A DNA stretch of 62,501 bases from assembly GCF_026571515.1 (NCBI RefSeq), contig NW_026852643.1:1-62501 (forward strand), in the 5' to 3' direction. Positions 24,701 to 36,144 of this stretch are shown here, piece by piece. Position 1 is the first letter of the stretch, and each line of letters begins with the position of its first letter. The notes under the pieces are model-generated. The model had not been told where the DNA came from. It saw only the letters and a program-made list of their open reading frames with translations, and did no database searches. A program made the position numbers and the translations under genes. The stretch comes from Ruditapes philippinarum. Lineage: Eukaryota.

Positions 24701-27700
24701 TGTTTGCTTCATAAGCCTTTCATGACTAGAAAGTTTGATACATAATCCTCTCATGTCTTGAAAGATTGCTTCATAATCCTCTCTTGACTTAAAAGTTTGC
24801 TTCATAAAACTCTCCTGACTTAATGCTTCGAAATCCTCTCATGACTTAAAAGTTTGATTCATAATCCTCTTATGACTTAAAAATTTGCTTCATAAACCTC
24901 TCATGACTTAAAAGTTTGCTTTATAAACCTCTCAAGACATTAAGGTTTGCTTCATCAGCCTTTCATGACTCATAAGTTTTCTTCATAATCCTCCCATGAC
25001 TTGAAAGTTTGCTTCATAAACCTCTCATGACATTATGGTTTGCTTCAGAAGCCTTTCATGACTTAAAATTTTGCTTCATAATCCTCTCATGACTTAAAAG
25101 TTTGCTTCATAAACCTCTCATGACTTGAAACTTTTGCCACAAAATGCTCTAATTAATTTAATTTGACTGCATGATCCTGTCTCAACTTCAAGGTTTGACT
25201 AACATTTTGCTCATCACTTTTAGATTTGCCCGGTAATCCTACATCCTCTTTCTATTCCCGAGAGCTTCTGTATTTTGAAAACTTGACGAGTAAATACTAG
25301 ATAAGCTCATGCATAAAATAACAAATTAACAATAGAAATATTAATTTTTATGATCGGTTTGTTTAGAATAAAAAAACACCACTGATTATAAACTGCTATT
25401 TTGCATATTTCATATCTATTTCCATTCTGTTTTCTATTTTCAAGTTAATGTCAAGCTATTTTATATCTTTATATTTATCCAATATTTTATTATTAGGGTG
25501 AAAGACTCGAGACCCTTAGACATGCCATGGAAAATGTAATACAGCAGTTGATCTTAAAAGGAAGCTGGGTTGGAATTGTTTCATTTGGTACAACAGCTAC
25601 AGTAAAGAAAGACCTGACTGAGATCAACACTCAGCAAGACCGCAAAAATTTAATAAGCGTTATCCCTGATTCAGTTTCAGGATGGACATGTATGGGATGT
25701 GGTATGATAGAAGCAAAAAAGGTATGTTTTCAAACATGTTAAGCCCCTTGTGGCCTAAGGGTTGCCTTGAAGGGTTGAGACAACAGAGTTGCAGCCACCA
25801 TTTATCATTGCGTGATCGTAAGGGGCGACTAAATGGGTGCGAATCACCTGAGTAAATGCATCACTTGGCTAAAAGCAGGTGAGGGGATTTTGAACCCTGG
25901 TGTTACTGCAAAATTGTGACACCCGATGTTTGCCAAAATTATATTACCTGTTTCGGCGCCATTTGGTCTAAATTATGTTGTTGCGCCGTAAAACGAAACA
26001 AAAGAAACAAACAATTATTTTATAAATGCTTTACTATTTATAATTTCAATTTTACAGGGAAGTAAAGGGTATATTATTGTTTTGAGTGTATGCCATTATT
26101 ATATATGGCTAATTATCTGGTGTTTGTAAGATGTTTGTATGATATATTGAGGATATTGAATGATTGTTGGCTCAATACAAAAATTATTTAACGAGTTCAA
26201 GAAATAAAGTAATGCAAGCCTTTGACGTTGAACTCCAAAATAATTGAGAAATGAAGCTCTATAAATATTATATTCTTTATATCACATACATAAAATATAA
26301 GAACTTTTTAAAGGATTATGCTTTTACATTGACGCGCTCATGGTTTATCTCAAACATTAAGCTCATCTTTACGCAATTTTTGTACAACGTAAATGACGTG
26401 ACGTCAACTTATGTTCACGGCCGTGCAATACGACTTTAATGGAGTCGTCTTTGGGACATGAGCAAGCAATAAAAGAATTATATTGCTTAATCAATAAATA
26501 AATGAAGAATTGAGGCAAGATTTATATAGCATATAGACGTTTTTTAATTCGCCCATCGTGTTTTAAAGTTATTTATTAAAACATCAGACGAACGTAAATA
26601 AATTGAACATTGCGTTGAAAATAACAACTTTTTCTATTCTATAGTGAAACAATTGTCGCTAGAAAAATAAGAAATGATATGCCACACAATATGTCATAAC
26701 GAGAGAACAATTATTATAATGTTGTTATCACTTGCGCAAAAGTAAAGCTGTTCATACTAATACGGGAATAATATGATACACTTCATTAATGTGTCACACT
26801 GTAGAACTGTTCACAAAATATGCAATAACGTGTGCATAAGGAAGAATAGCTATGTAGCTAGAGCGAATTGCAAGTTTCCCGGCTTCGTGTCCGAGCCACG
26901 CTTCACATTTTCCTACCCTGTGAGAATTCATCGCCCAACGGATCATGACAATATATAACTCCATTGCTCACATTTGAAAAAGGTAATGTTTTAAAAAAAA
27001 GTTGCAGACTACTATCTTGATGCGTGACAGTATACCAGTTTGAATAACGCTTATTTTGTTTCCGGTGTAACACATGTGTTCTAAACGGTATGGACCAGAC
27101 GTGACTTCCTATTGAGTTGTGGTTAGCATGACATTCCATCAAAATGTTTAAAAGCGTTTATAGAATCTACATGTCTAAATGTTTTTACTTTTCAGTAACA
27201 AGAAACAAAAACGCACACAAGTATAAACTAGATTTTTTCTTTATATTTTCAAACTAGCTTTTAACAAAGAAGCTCGGAACTGTTTCTCAAGGTGAAATTA
27301 TTCTGATATCTGACGGAAAAGATACATCAGATAAACCCGATGTTAAAGTCCATGTTGATGTTGCCAGACATGAAGTGATAAGTGCCAAAATAACTGTTCA
27401 CACTATAGCTATATCTCAACAAGCGGATCATTTACTTGGTGATATCGCACGAGAAACTGGCGGCAAATATTACATGTATTTTGACAATGGAGGTATTAGT
27501 CTTTTTGGAGCATTTTCTGAAACTCTTTCCGGTGGTTTAACTTCTGCAAGAAATAAAAATGTCATGGTAAGAAATTGCAAAAAAGCATGTAATAACTCTA
27601 GTATGTAAAGACGATTTCGAATCCTTTCATTATACGTGCTTATTACTATCTGTTTCCTAATTGTACGTTCTTGTTACCTCATTCTACGTTCTTCTCCATA

Positions 27701-30700
27701 CTTGTTAACTTATTTTACGTGCCTATTGCTGCTTGTACCTCATTTAGCTGATTGTTGCTACCTGTTACCTCATTGTACGTGCTTGTTGCTAATTGCTATC
27801 TCATTGCACAATGTACGTTCTTGTTGCTATTCGTTATCTCATTGTACGTGTTTCTTGCTACTTGGTATCTTATAATGCCTGCTTGTTTCTACATGTTACC
27901 GCATTGTTCGTACTTGCTACTTGGTATTATCAAACGCGATACCGACTCATTTATCAGCTTTTATTTGGATTTATGCTTGTCATTTTTGTAGTGTTTATTT
28001 ATTTTGAAATTATATGAATATTTTAAAACAAAACAAGTAAACGCCTTGTATTGGTACAAATAAGCAATTCCAAATAATATGCTTCTACCTGGTTGTAATT
28101 TTAATAAAAGTGCAAACTTAATTCATCAACCTGAATAGATATAAAACGAATGCTCACCAATTGTAAAATCATGATATATTCAGACGGTTTATATTTTAAT
28201 GAATTTTTCAAAAAGGACAAATCAAAATAATTAGTGTCCAGCATTTGTTATCCAATGAAAACGCTGTATTTCTTAAAAATTCTGTTTGTATATATTCATA
28301 GAAGAATAAAAGTCGATACTATATCAAATTCAATTCATAGTCGCCTTATATTTTTCATAGTACGAACTGCGTACATAAAAGAGTTGTGACGTAATAAAGT
28401 GAATGTTATGAAGCCAAATAAATCTTGACACTTGATGTTAGTATTCATCCGTAGCTGTTCTACAGAAATCAGAAACATTCTCCTGTCGCTATCGCTCCCG
28501 TCAAAGTTTCTGATATCTGTAGATCTGCACAAATGAACACTAGTTAACATATACTTAAAATGATAGTAAACTAATTATTTTAAGATTTGGACCTATTGAA
28601 TTACATATTGATTTCATACTTCTTTAACCCTTATATTCTGTCATTAAATGAACGTCTTTTTCAGTTGATGGCACATAAAATGAATTCGGTGAATACAAAC
28701 CAACATAATATATCGTTTGCTCTAGAAAAAGGATTGGGTGGTGACACAACGTTTTCCTTCATAACGCCCACGGACACAGACGTCAAATTTGAACTGACCG
28801 GCCCGAACGACTATAATCAGTTTATTGAAAGTCATGGAAGCATTACAACTTTATCAATTCCGGGTACTGCACAAGTAGGTGATGTTGTACTCATTTTTGT
28901 GTACGGCCGTTTAAGTAGATAACTGATAAAAGTAGATGACAAGAACCTTTGAGCACATAAATCTTCCAATATATAACAGAACAAAGTCGAAAGCTTTCAT
29001 TTATCCAGTAGTTAAATGAAAAAATACCCGATAGTTCGGGTTAGACAGTGGTTTGGGAAATATCAATTTCACCGGTCACTTTCAAAACAGTTCTTAATGG
29101 ATTTGAATTTAGTTTCTTATATTTTTGCCAGAATGTCCTTTTGGTATTCTATCACGCCGTTATTTGTCTTATCAACAGGCCGGAGAATATGAAATGATAG
29201 TCACGACCGGAACGATGCCCAGAACTGTAGAGTATTTCGCAAAATCAGATGCTACCAGTGACGACATAGTCAGAGTGACGTCATTGCTCTCAACCAATAA
29301 TATTGATTTATCTACTGGCGATCTACCAATTATTTTCTCTGAAGTCTCAAAAGGGTATTTACCAATTCTTAATGCAACAGTTACAGCCCATGTTGAGACG
29401 GGTAATCATATCTGCGACGTGCCACTAATGGATGACGGGATAGGTTAGGAATATTCTTTCTATTTTGTCATTTATAACCTAGTTTTGAACCAAGCCGACT
29501 TCAGCATATGCATATTTTCTCCTCGAAGTACGTTCAAGAAAAGTAAAGGCTCTTGGAAAATGAGGACATATTTTAAACAACGTTAAAGACGACATAACTG
29601 CTCAGAGCTTTTCTTACTTCTCAAAAATATTGACACTTATAGAGCAATCACCAGTGTTCGTGATTTTCTATAGTATTTGCGAAAAATGTTCTAAAACGTT
29701 AACGCAAATACTTGTATGATATGAACGTCAGATAAAACAAAGAGCTGAAACATGCATAAACAACGAAATGCCAGACAAATCATTAATCACAGTTTCCGTG
29801 TTACTCCTTAGAAATTTATGTATCAATGATATCAGTTCCTGGACTAAATACAGAATGATTGGACTTGATGTTATCTCTTTGTATCATTCAAAATCGTCTA
29901 GAACTGCTGAAAATATAAAACAGACATCACGAACAATTTTAAGTTTAGGTAGTTTGATATAAAGAGTAGAGGAGAACAGGAAGTATCACGCTATGAAATC
30001 GCATAAATCACTATTGGCCATGTATATCATATTTATCATGAGTTCCCATACATTAAAAATTTCTCTAGTTTATTCATCTGACTTGTTATATTCTTTTGAC
30101 AACATTTCAGACCCAGATTCATTTATTGACGATGGAATTTATTCTGGCTATATATTTCCCACTTGCTTACATTCTGGTCGAGTTAACGTGAAAGTTGATG
30201 TAAAAGGAGCGCAAGGACAGACCCAAGTTCTACAGAGTGTCACAGGAGCTCCGAATCCAGAAGAAGGTATTGTGCTTGTCTAACAGAATATGTAAAGTTG
30301 CACCCCCTTTAAAATCCACACAAAATTAATGTATGTTAGTGACAAATATAAAGTCACACACCGTCTGTACAATTGCTTCAGGACAAAAGATCAGGTTCTC
30401 ACGGTAAAAATTACTTAAGGTTTTAGCCAACAATCCTAAAACATTATTATGAGGTTTATCATGACTAGAACATCAGACGACCCCTCTCGATTTTGAGATC
30501 AAAAATTGAAAGGTAAGATTAAGGTAACCATAGTTTATATAAAAGCTTAAAAGACCTTATATTTGTTGTAAAGTTTGATAATGACTAGTAGTTGACCTCA
30601 ATTGATTATGAAGTAATTTGTCAAGGGTCTAGGTGACTGCGTCCTTGTCCACTAAAATCCTATTTTCTCCGGACACAAATATGAGACGGACGGACGGACG

Positions 30701-32161
30701 GACAGACAGAGACTATTTCCATATCCTTTAGAAGTGGATATCAACAATTCTACTTTGTACATGCTATTAACAAGCTACTAAAACAAGGTCGGGCCCCAAA
30801 AACTATTCTAGTTGTTTCAATACATGTAATATCTATTGAATTAAAACATCAAAGTAATTATTCACAGTTTTTCACACCTGGACTAAAAGATTACGTTATA
30901 TTAAATATTGATGAATACTTGAGGTGCAGTTTATGTTATGATAAAAGCGTCTGTCTTATGTATAGGTACGATAACAAACATGATATAGTGAAAGAAAAGA
31001 ACAAATTAAACAAACAAACAAATATACAAACTTTCAGGTGATATTGATGAGCGCACTGAAGTCTATGACAGCTCCTTTCAGCGTGTACAAATTCTTGAAC
31101 AGTTGAATGTGACTAACTACAAAAATATTACGAAATCAGAAGATTTGATAGCACCAGGAAAAATTACTGACGTCAACATTCACCATATCCAATCAAAAGA
31201 ATTTAGTAACTCAGAGAGAAGAAATTTCACAATATCTTGGACAGCAACTGGTGATGATAAAACCATTGGCAGAGGTTTGTCAAGATCAAATGTTTAAAAT
31301 ATCTTGCAATTTTCTCAATAAACTATAAAATGCAATTGTCCTGTTGAGAAACTGACACAACTGCCCCGATAATATGTTTTAGTTGCACAAATGACATTTC
31401 GTTTTTAAAATATGGAATGCATGATAATTACGTCCCAAAGCGTACTTGCCAAACACTAAAAGATTTAGTCATGGGTTTTTAATTTTTTTTTCCAGTTCAA
31501 CTCTAACCTAAAATATGTGTACCACGAGGTCCAATCTATGCAATTGTGGTTCACTGTTATCCGGACATACGTATAAATCGAAGTTCAAATAATTTGACAT
31601 TTCAGAATGTCTAAAATTCAAATCTTCATTCAGCAGATTTTAACAATTGTCTTAATATGCCTGATGTTGTGTCCAATAGCTTTTTTGGAATGAAAGTATA
31701 AATGTTAATCATATCATAAACATACATGATGAAATGTAATTAACTGTAAATGAACATTTGTTGATAGCGGATATTCTTTCCTTGCAGCTTCAAGCTATAT
31801 TTTTAGGATTGCCGACGATTTTGACGTCTTACTTCATGACTTTGATAACGCTCCTATACTTGAAGTGGGAAATAATTCACTTATTCCGAAACCGTCAGGC
31901 GACATCGAAGTTCTCAAGATTATTGTTGACGCTGAGGAATCTTATACTGGAACGGCTTTCTTTGCCTTACAAGCTGTTGATGAAACCGGAAATAAAGGGA
32001 GCGTCTCAAACATTGTTTCCATAGTCGTTGCTAAGGGATATCGTGCTTTTGGTGAGGAAGGAACATTGGACATTAAAGATGATGTGACTTCACATGCCGT
32101 ATGTTTTCGGGCGTTGACTGTTGTAATAATAATAATGTTTATTTCATGCAACTTAATCTGA
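6654..32161 (+). CDS. CLCA: CLCA-like gene A (calcium-activated chloride channel regulator family), 13 exons: 6654-6797, 17478-17757, 19593-19701, 21023-21183 (disrupted), 22023-22161, 23308-23414, 25497-25721, 27258-27566, 28665-28874, 29179-29443, 30111-30266, 31038-31274, 31788-32161; about 900 aa if exon 4 is repaired
   Basis: Signal peptide followed by GGYEDV; IYFRKIKIIIPKTW; HEWGHLRWGLFNE zincin motif; FCD...HNKQC..KSAWEVM Cys-rich segment; VWA MIDAS VLDTSGSM...ISDG; DDGIYSGY; APGKITD...SWTATGDD; ALQAVDETGNKGSVSNIV. All exons have AG/GT ends with compatible phases except exon 4, which carries in-frame stops. Confidence 0.9.
6962..7215. repeat. (ACAAT/ACGAT)n pentanucleotide microsatellite
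   Basis: Seen directly. Confidence 0.95.
8640..9310 (+). mobile_element. 3' fragment of an RLE-endonuclease non-LTR retrotransposon (HERO/R2 group), frameshifted
   Basis: QGRYRWRHDNVL; RPDIV...IELTVPWE..C.EAYERKKAKY; GW...FPIEVG.RGF; AAERASSWLWLRR. Confidence 0.88.
9337..9512. repeat. Compound pentanucleotide microsatellite (TCCCG/TCCCA)n changing to (TACAT/GACAT)n
   Basis: Seen directly, abutting the LINE 3' end. Confidence 0.92.
11230..12315. repeat. Three tandem copies (400, 328 and about 357 bp) of a hairpin-bearing element
   Basis: Units begin TCTACCGTTTACACCGGT at 11231, 11631 and 11959. Confidence 0.92.
12500..13610 (-). pseudogene. DIRS1-like retrotransposon remnant: end of pol (WPLRPWFPDLLNL) plus decayed tyrosine recombinase
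   Basis: SWRTGTQKDYSSK...F..WC; IGQHPFV; LPVWDLPKVLSSLQTFPFEPL; LTYKVVFLTAITT.R; KQDRPGH; ILNAADWSKENTFVKFY; contains stops and frameshifts. Confidence 0.85.
14690..15080. mobile_element. Intact copy of hairpin element A family (a further reverse copy lies at about 26145-26420)
   Basis: Palindromic block AATTTATTGAAC...GCTCGCCAG.GGCTCGC...GTTCAATAAATT shared with 5436-5556. Confidence 0.65.
15985..16331. mobile_element. MITE with TTAA TSD and AG...CT termini (Kolobok-type); related pieces at about 5600-5950, 20340-20610 and 50030-50120
   Basis: ttaa|AGCTGCATGCCTCCA...TGGAGGCATGCTGCT|ttaa. Confidence 0.75.
17221..17432. mobile_element. Second TTAA-flanked MITE family (Kolobok-type); further copies at about 19290-19560, 20610-21000, 22255-22412, 33050-33632, 52750-53118 and 62160-62370
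   Basis: ttaa|AGGCACAT...ATGAGCCT|ttaa; shared internal AGTAGCAAAATGTAAACAAAGT block. Confidence 0.65.
17478..17757 (+). CDS. CLCA: CLCA-A exon 2 (NVLTNASQLLF...AWGLH)
   Basis: ttttcag acceptor, open frame, G|GTATG donor, homologous to CLCA-B exon 2. Confidence 0.9.
17870..18208. repeat. About 22-bp minisatellite (GAATTCACGATTTCAACTTCAT)n ending in inverted copies
   Basis: Seen directly. Confidence 0.85.
19593..19701 (+). CDS. CLCA: CLCA-A exon 3, metalloprotease motif HEWGHLRWGLFNE
   Basis: aatag acceptor, HExxH motif, AG|GTATGT donor. Confidence 0.92.
19893..20124. mobile_element. Palindromic MITE (ATATGAGCCG...CGGCTCATAT family)
   Basis: Long TIRs; near-identical copies at 53918-54159 and 62025-62097. 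Confidence 0.88.
21023..21183 (+). pseudogene. CLCA: CLCA-A exon 4, frame-disrupted
   Basis: Starts (R)CTT and contains NRASLM, like CLCA-B exon 4 (CTTQ...NSASLM). It is 161 nt (CLCA-B: 172 nt) with TAG at 21096-21098 and TAA TAA just before the donor. Confidence 0.75.
22023..22161 (+). CDS. CLCA: CLCA-A exon 5 (LSEFCD...KSAWEVMKTHSDFQ)
   Basis: 139 nt, same length as CLCA-B exon 5; AG/GT ends. Confidence 0.9.
23308..23414 (+). CDS. CLCA: CLCA-A exon 6 (start of VWA domain, VFVLDTSGSMQ)
   Basis: DxSxS MIDAS motif; tatag acceptor; CAG|GTAAT donor. Confidence 0.9.
23865..25200. repeat. 31-bp minisatellite (CATAATCCTCTCATGACTTAAAAGTTTGCTT)n, about 40 units, in CLCA-A intron 6
   Basis: Seen directly. 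Confidence 0.95.
25497..25721 (+). CDS. CLCA: CLCA-A exon 7 (VWA; GSWVGIVSF...WTCMGCG)
   Basis: 225 nt open frame, AG/GT ends. Confidence 0.9.
25755..26013 (+). mobile_element. 5'-truncated V-core SINE (BivaV-type)
   Basis: V-core-like GCGTGATCGTAAG.GGCGACTAA; 3' end GTTGCGCCGTAAAAC followed by an (AAAC)n-like tail. Confidence 0.65.
27258..27566 (+). CDS. CLCA: CLCA-A exon 8 (VWA; IILISDG...ARETGG)
   Basis: 309 nt open frame, AG/GT ends. Confidence 0.9.
27630..27930. repeat. Degenerate 28-bp tandem repeat (CTCATTGTACGTGCTTGTTGCTA...)
   Basis: Seen directly. Confidence 0.8.
28665..28874 (+). CDS. CLCA: CLCA-A exon 9 (LMAHK...SIPGTAQ)
   Basis: 210 nt, same length as CLCA-B exon 9; IPGTA motif typical of CLCA. 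Confidence 0.88.
29179..29443 (+). CDS. CLCA: CLCA-A exon 10 (AGEY...PILNATVTA...LMDDG)
   Basis: 265 nt, same length as CLCA-B exon 10. Confidence 0.9.
30111..30266 (+). CDS. CLCA: CLCA-A exon 11 (DPDSFIDDGIYSGY...)
   Basis: 156 nt, same length as CLCA-B exon 11; DGIYS motif. Confidence 0.9.
31038..31274 (+). CDS. CLCA: CLCA-A exon 12 (FQRVQ...APGKITD...SWTATGDD)
   Basis: Start of FnIII-like domain; AG/GT ends. Confidence 0.9.
31788..32161 (+). CDS. CLCA: CLCA-A terminal exon 13 (ASSYIFR...hydrophobic C-terminus, stop)
   Basis: ttgcag acceptor; open frame to TGA at 32159-32161. Confidence 0.9.
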
Positions 32162-32194
32162 TTTATTGAATTGATTGGGACGTAAAGCAAAAGA

Positions 32195-32492
32195 ATCATC
32201 ATTGTGTTCATTATCATCATTATAATCATCAATCATATTATCTACATCATCATCACAAATTGCATTTTCTAAATCATCGTTACCAAATTTATTTTCTACA
32301 TCAGCATTTTCAATTACATTTTTCTACATCAGAATTTTCTACACCATCATTATCATTAGCATTTGCTTCATCATTATCAATAACATTTTCTACATTTTCA
32401 AAAATATTTTCTACATCAGCATTTTCTACATCATCACTACCAATATTATTTTTTATCATCATTATCAATAGCATTTTGTTCTACATCATCGT
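32195..32492. repeat. Low-complexity (ATC)n / CATTTTCTACATCA repeat in the CLCA-A 3' region
   Basis: Seen directly. Confidence 0.8.
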
Positions 32493-35400
32493 GGCAAATT
32501 AACAACATTTCTTCGGTTTTGTTGTCCTGTTAAAGTTTCTAAACAGGTCCTCACTGGCCATTATTTACTTTTGTTGCTTTTTTGCAATTAGTGTAGTTAT
32601 AGTGATTAAGTATTTTGTATGGAAGTTATAATACTTTACATTTTGCTACTTTACTGACATATATGTTCTCATTCAGTGCAAATTTCTTCAAGCATATATA
32701 TATATATATATCAAATTTAAAACTGCTCTGCTTTCATGCGAGGATTTGTGGAAGTATTCTTTTTCTCAATTAAAGTTATCATTTCGGCAAAAGATCAATA
32801 GCTTTATGTACTTTAAGATTATTATACATTTTTATATGTTGTTTTTATTTAAAGTTTTGTATTCGTAAAAATGTTTGTGAATGTTGAAAGTATGTCTCTC
32901 GATAGAGTGTGTGTATTAGTTGAAATGGTGAAGTTATTTGTGCATGTAATTGCTGCAATTTAGAGAGAGAGGAACAGCATTGTTTTTTTTTAAATTTCAC
33001 TTTGAAGACATGCATACAAATAAAAGGCCTACTATAATAGAAAATGCTTTTAATTTTATAATTCATTTTTTTTTAAATTTTGGTGTAATTTTATTGCTTC
33101 CAAAAAGTGACTCATTGACAATTACCTAAATCCTTTTCTTCTGTTGCTTTTTGCCAATTTAGTTTAGTGGTGATTTATTATTTCTTATGGAAGTCAAATT
33201 ATTACTTTGTTTACATTTTGCTACTTTTATGACAAATTATTGCACTTTTTATCGCTACTTTTTTCAAGTAACAAGCATCTTGCAAACATTATCTAAACAT
33301 TATAAAAATTTTGAATGATAGTCTGGGGAACTTTCTCAGCGTTTAAATGTATGCATATACATATATTAGTCCCGCACTCCAGAGCATGCCCATTTATTTG
33401 CTCATTTTTGCAGGGGTCGACTTATTGTGACGGCAGAGAAAACACCATATTCAGATGCTCTTTCATTGATTATTTTTTTTCTGGGGCTCAATATTGTGAA
33501 AATAGGGAACGTGTTTTTATGTTGACTAAAACACTCGGCAATATCTGAAGTTTCGTTACTCTTTCTTTTTTCCATATTTGCCCTTTCTTAAGAAATAAAA
33601 ATTCATTCATTCCTGTGGATTAATGTGCCTTTTAACAATAAAATTCAAACTTAAGATACAATTACATTTCATTTTATGTTAAAAGTTAATATGGATATAA
33701 TTTTCTTATTTGCTTTGCTCATACGAAAGGTAACCAGTTTTTACCTGATAAGAGTTATGAGATCTAGCCTAAAATAGAATAATAAAAAGCAAAATACCTT
33801 TGCATTGTTTTATTATTTATGAAAACAAAGAGTGATTAAACGAACACCACTCCTATTAGAAGTAAGTTCAAAGTTCTGCTTTGTCTTTAACTTATTCCGG
33901 TAACATTTCTTGTAAAACCTTTAGCGTAGGAAAAAAAAACGTTTATATCTTTTCAATGTACTGCCATAATAAAACGTAATGGTATACTATGCTCAAATTT
34001 GATATTAGAAAATATTGATTTTTGCTACACAGTATATTGATAAATATGAAATATGCATGTTTTTGACTTCACACAAAGTAAATATTGTTTAAAATTCTGC
34101 ATACTATAGGTGGACACAATATGAATATAAAGTGTCATTAAAAATGGCAGATATTATAAAGAAAATACCAACTTTACTTGACCTGTAATAGGAAACACAT
34201 CTTCCCTTAAATTTTTTTATTTATTTTTTTCATTCAAATTGACATATTCAGTAAAGAATTCATAGATTGCAATACATTTCTATGATCATAATATTTTCTC
34301 ATGAATGAAGTAAGTATATCTTTTTGTCTGATACTAAATGAAATACATAATCTGAAATTTTTCTTCGTCAATCAAATGTCTGTTTTGTTATCTGCACTGT
34401 CGGATATCTGTTACAAAATATGAATCATACAGTCGTGTATTGTGTATAGATTATGAAACCAGTTCTCAATAATTCATTCACTCCGAAATTCGGAATACTT
34501 TGGGTTTTTTTTTCTAGTAAATCCGTAGGTAGAAACAAACCGTTACAGTTACAGTTTCGATCATAAGCGCGACAGGTTGTGACGAGTAGCACCGTGAATC
34601 TATAGAGGAAAATTTTGTTTGTACAAACAGATTAAAATGAAAAAACACAGATTTTGCCGAGTTGCGGATAACATATATTAGTTATATTGTAACAACACAA
34701 TATTGAAAACATTTTATACTGTAAACAGGTATCGGCTTTTATTCATATTGTATGTAAAACATGGAAATCATACAGTGATGAAAATACTTTCGCAGCCAGT
34801 ATGCTACGCACTATATTCCATAGTAGGCGGAGAAAGTTGAAGGAATCTAATTTTCAAGATGTCACACCTTCGGTAAGTGTTCTTGCAAATTTTTTTTTAA
34901 AAAGTATGCCCAATGTTTTACACAAAAATTCAATATGAAGCCTAAAACGATCATGCATTAAAGATATCCCTTCCATTGATAAGTTAAAAAACACTTAAAA
35001 CATGTACAATGATAAAATCTCTTAGCATAAAATGATGTTATAACATGAAAATGTTACTTTATTCATTCATAGCCATTAACATCTCACTTGAGGAAAACTT
35101 TCCAGAATCATAATAATCTTTTTACAGTGTTGTACAAAGATCTCTAAGATTGTCTTTAATGGAATAATGTCGATAATGTACAGCTATAATTATTTAACTG
35201 CAATTAATACATCTCTTTCAATATTATTTGACCACAAATACCTACGTTTTAACTTAATATTATTATAAGGCTTTGAAAACCCCATGAAGGTGTGCGATTG
35301 TATACCACTATTAACAAATGATAGGAATATCAAAGTCACCACGTGCGTTTTTCCTGTGAATGAAGTCTTAGATAGTATAGTGATATTTGCATAACAAATA

Positions 35401-36120
35401 ACGGTGGTATTTATTCAGTATTGAGAGCAAGAAAGGTGTATTGTATATCACAATCAGAGAAAATTGATGAATACCTCGTTCGAAAGGAATCAAACTGAAA
35501 TACCGTGAACGTAACTATATTATTCTAATTTTTATATTGAACAGTAAATAAGTAATGTATTCTTTACTGCTGTTGACTGCTGGTAGAGAAACAAGAAGAA
35601 AAAGAATATTGAATTTCTGGTACTTGATGCTGCTAAGACAAGGCAAAGCAAAATAGTTGAAAATAAAAAGACATTGACGCATCTGATGTTGAGAAAAAAC
35701 CTATTAAACTAAATTATAACGTTGATAATCCTGTCAGTGAAAATGTCCTTAGAAACTTTAGACAAGAGGTTGATAAGTAATAATCCGGACCACAGTCTGA
35801 CGAATGAAGGGGCAACTTTATATGCGTATCCGTTGCGTCTCCGTTGGGAAACAGAAAAAGATATGACAAAATTCGATAGATAATTTGATATACAGCTATA
35901 GAATTACGGTAGACTAAGTTCTTATACTGAAGATGATTGTGTTGTTAATTAGGATTATGCGGATATTGTATATGATGATTTTGAATTTTGTTAAATGTAA
36001 ATGATGATTAATATATTGACGGAAAATGAATTGTGTAATCATTTGAACCATTTTTTTTTCAAAATTGTTAATTTTTCCCCTCATTCAAGTGTCAAACTCC
36101 ATTCTTCGTACATATTCTTC

Positions 36121-36144
36121 TTAAGCGATGTCATTCTTAACACT
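36121..36144 (-). CDS. CLCA: CLCA-B putative micro terminal exon (SVKNDIA*)
   Basis: Strong acceptor gttttctttcag, phase 0, TAA after 7 codons. Confidence 0.55.
   Translation of the reverse strand, partial: SVKNDIA

Noticed and set aside
23865-25200. Regular 31-bp repeats resembling a CRISPR array
   Set aside because: The units are contiguous with no unique spacers, there are no cas genes, and the context is a eukaryotic intron
31758-32232. Overlapping alternative-frame and antisense ORFs over CLCA exons (also 36391-36666, 38410-38640, 40373-40585)
   Set aside because: They are shadows of the true exons and have no independent support
35560-35960. Purine-rich, coding-like stretch between the two CLCA 3' ends
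   Set aside because: No sustained frame or recognisable motif; possibly a decayed TE but not supportable without tblastx
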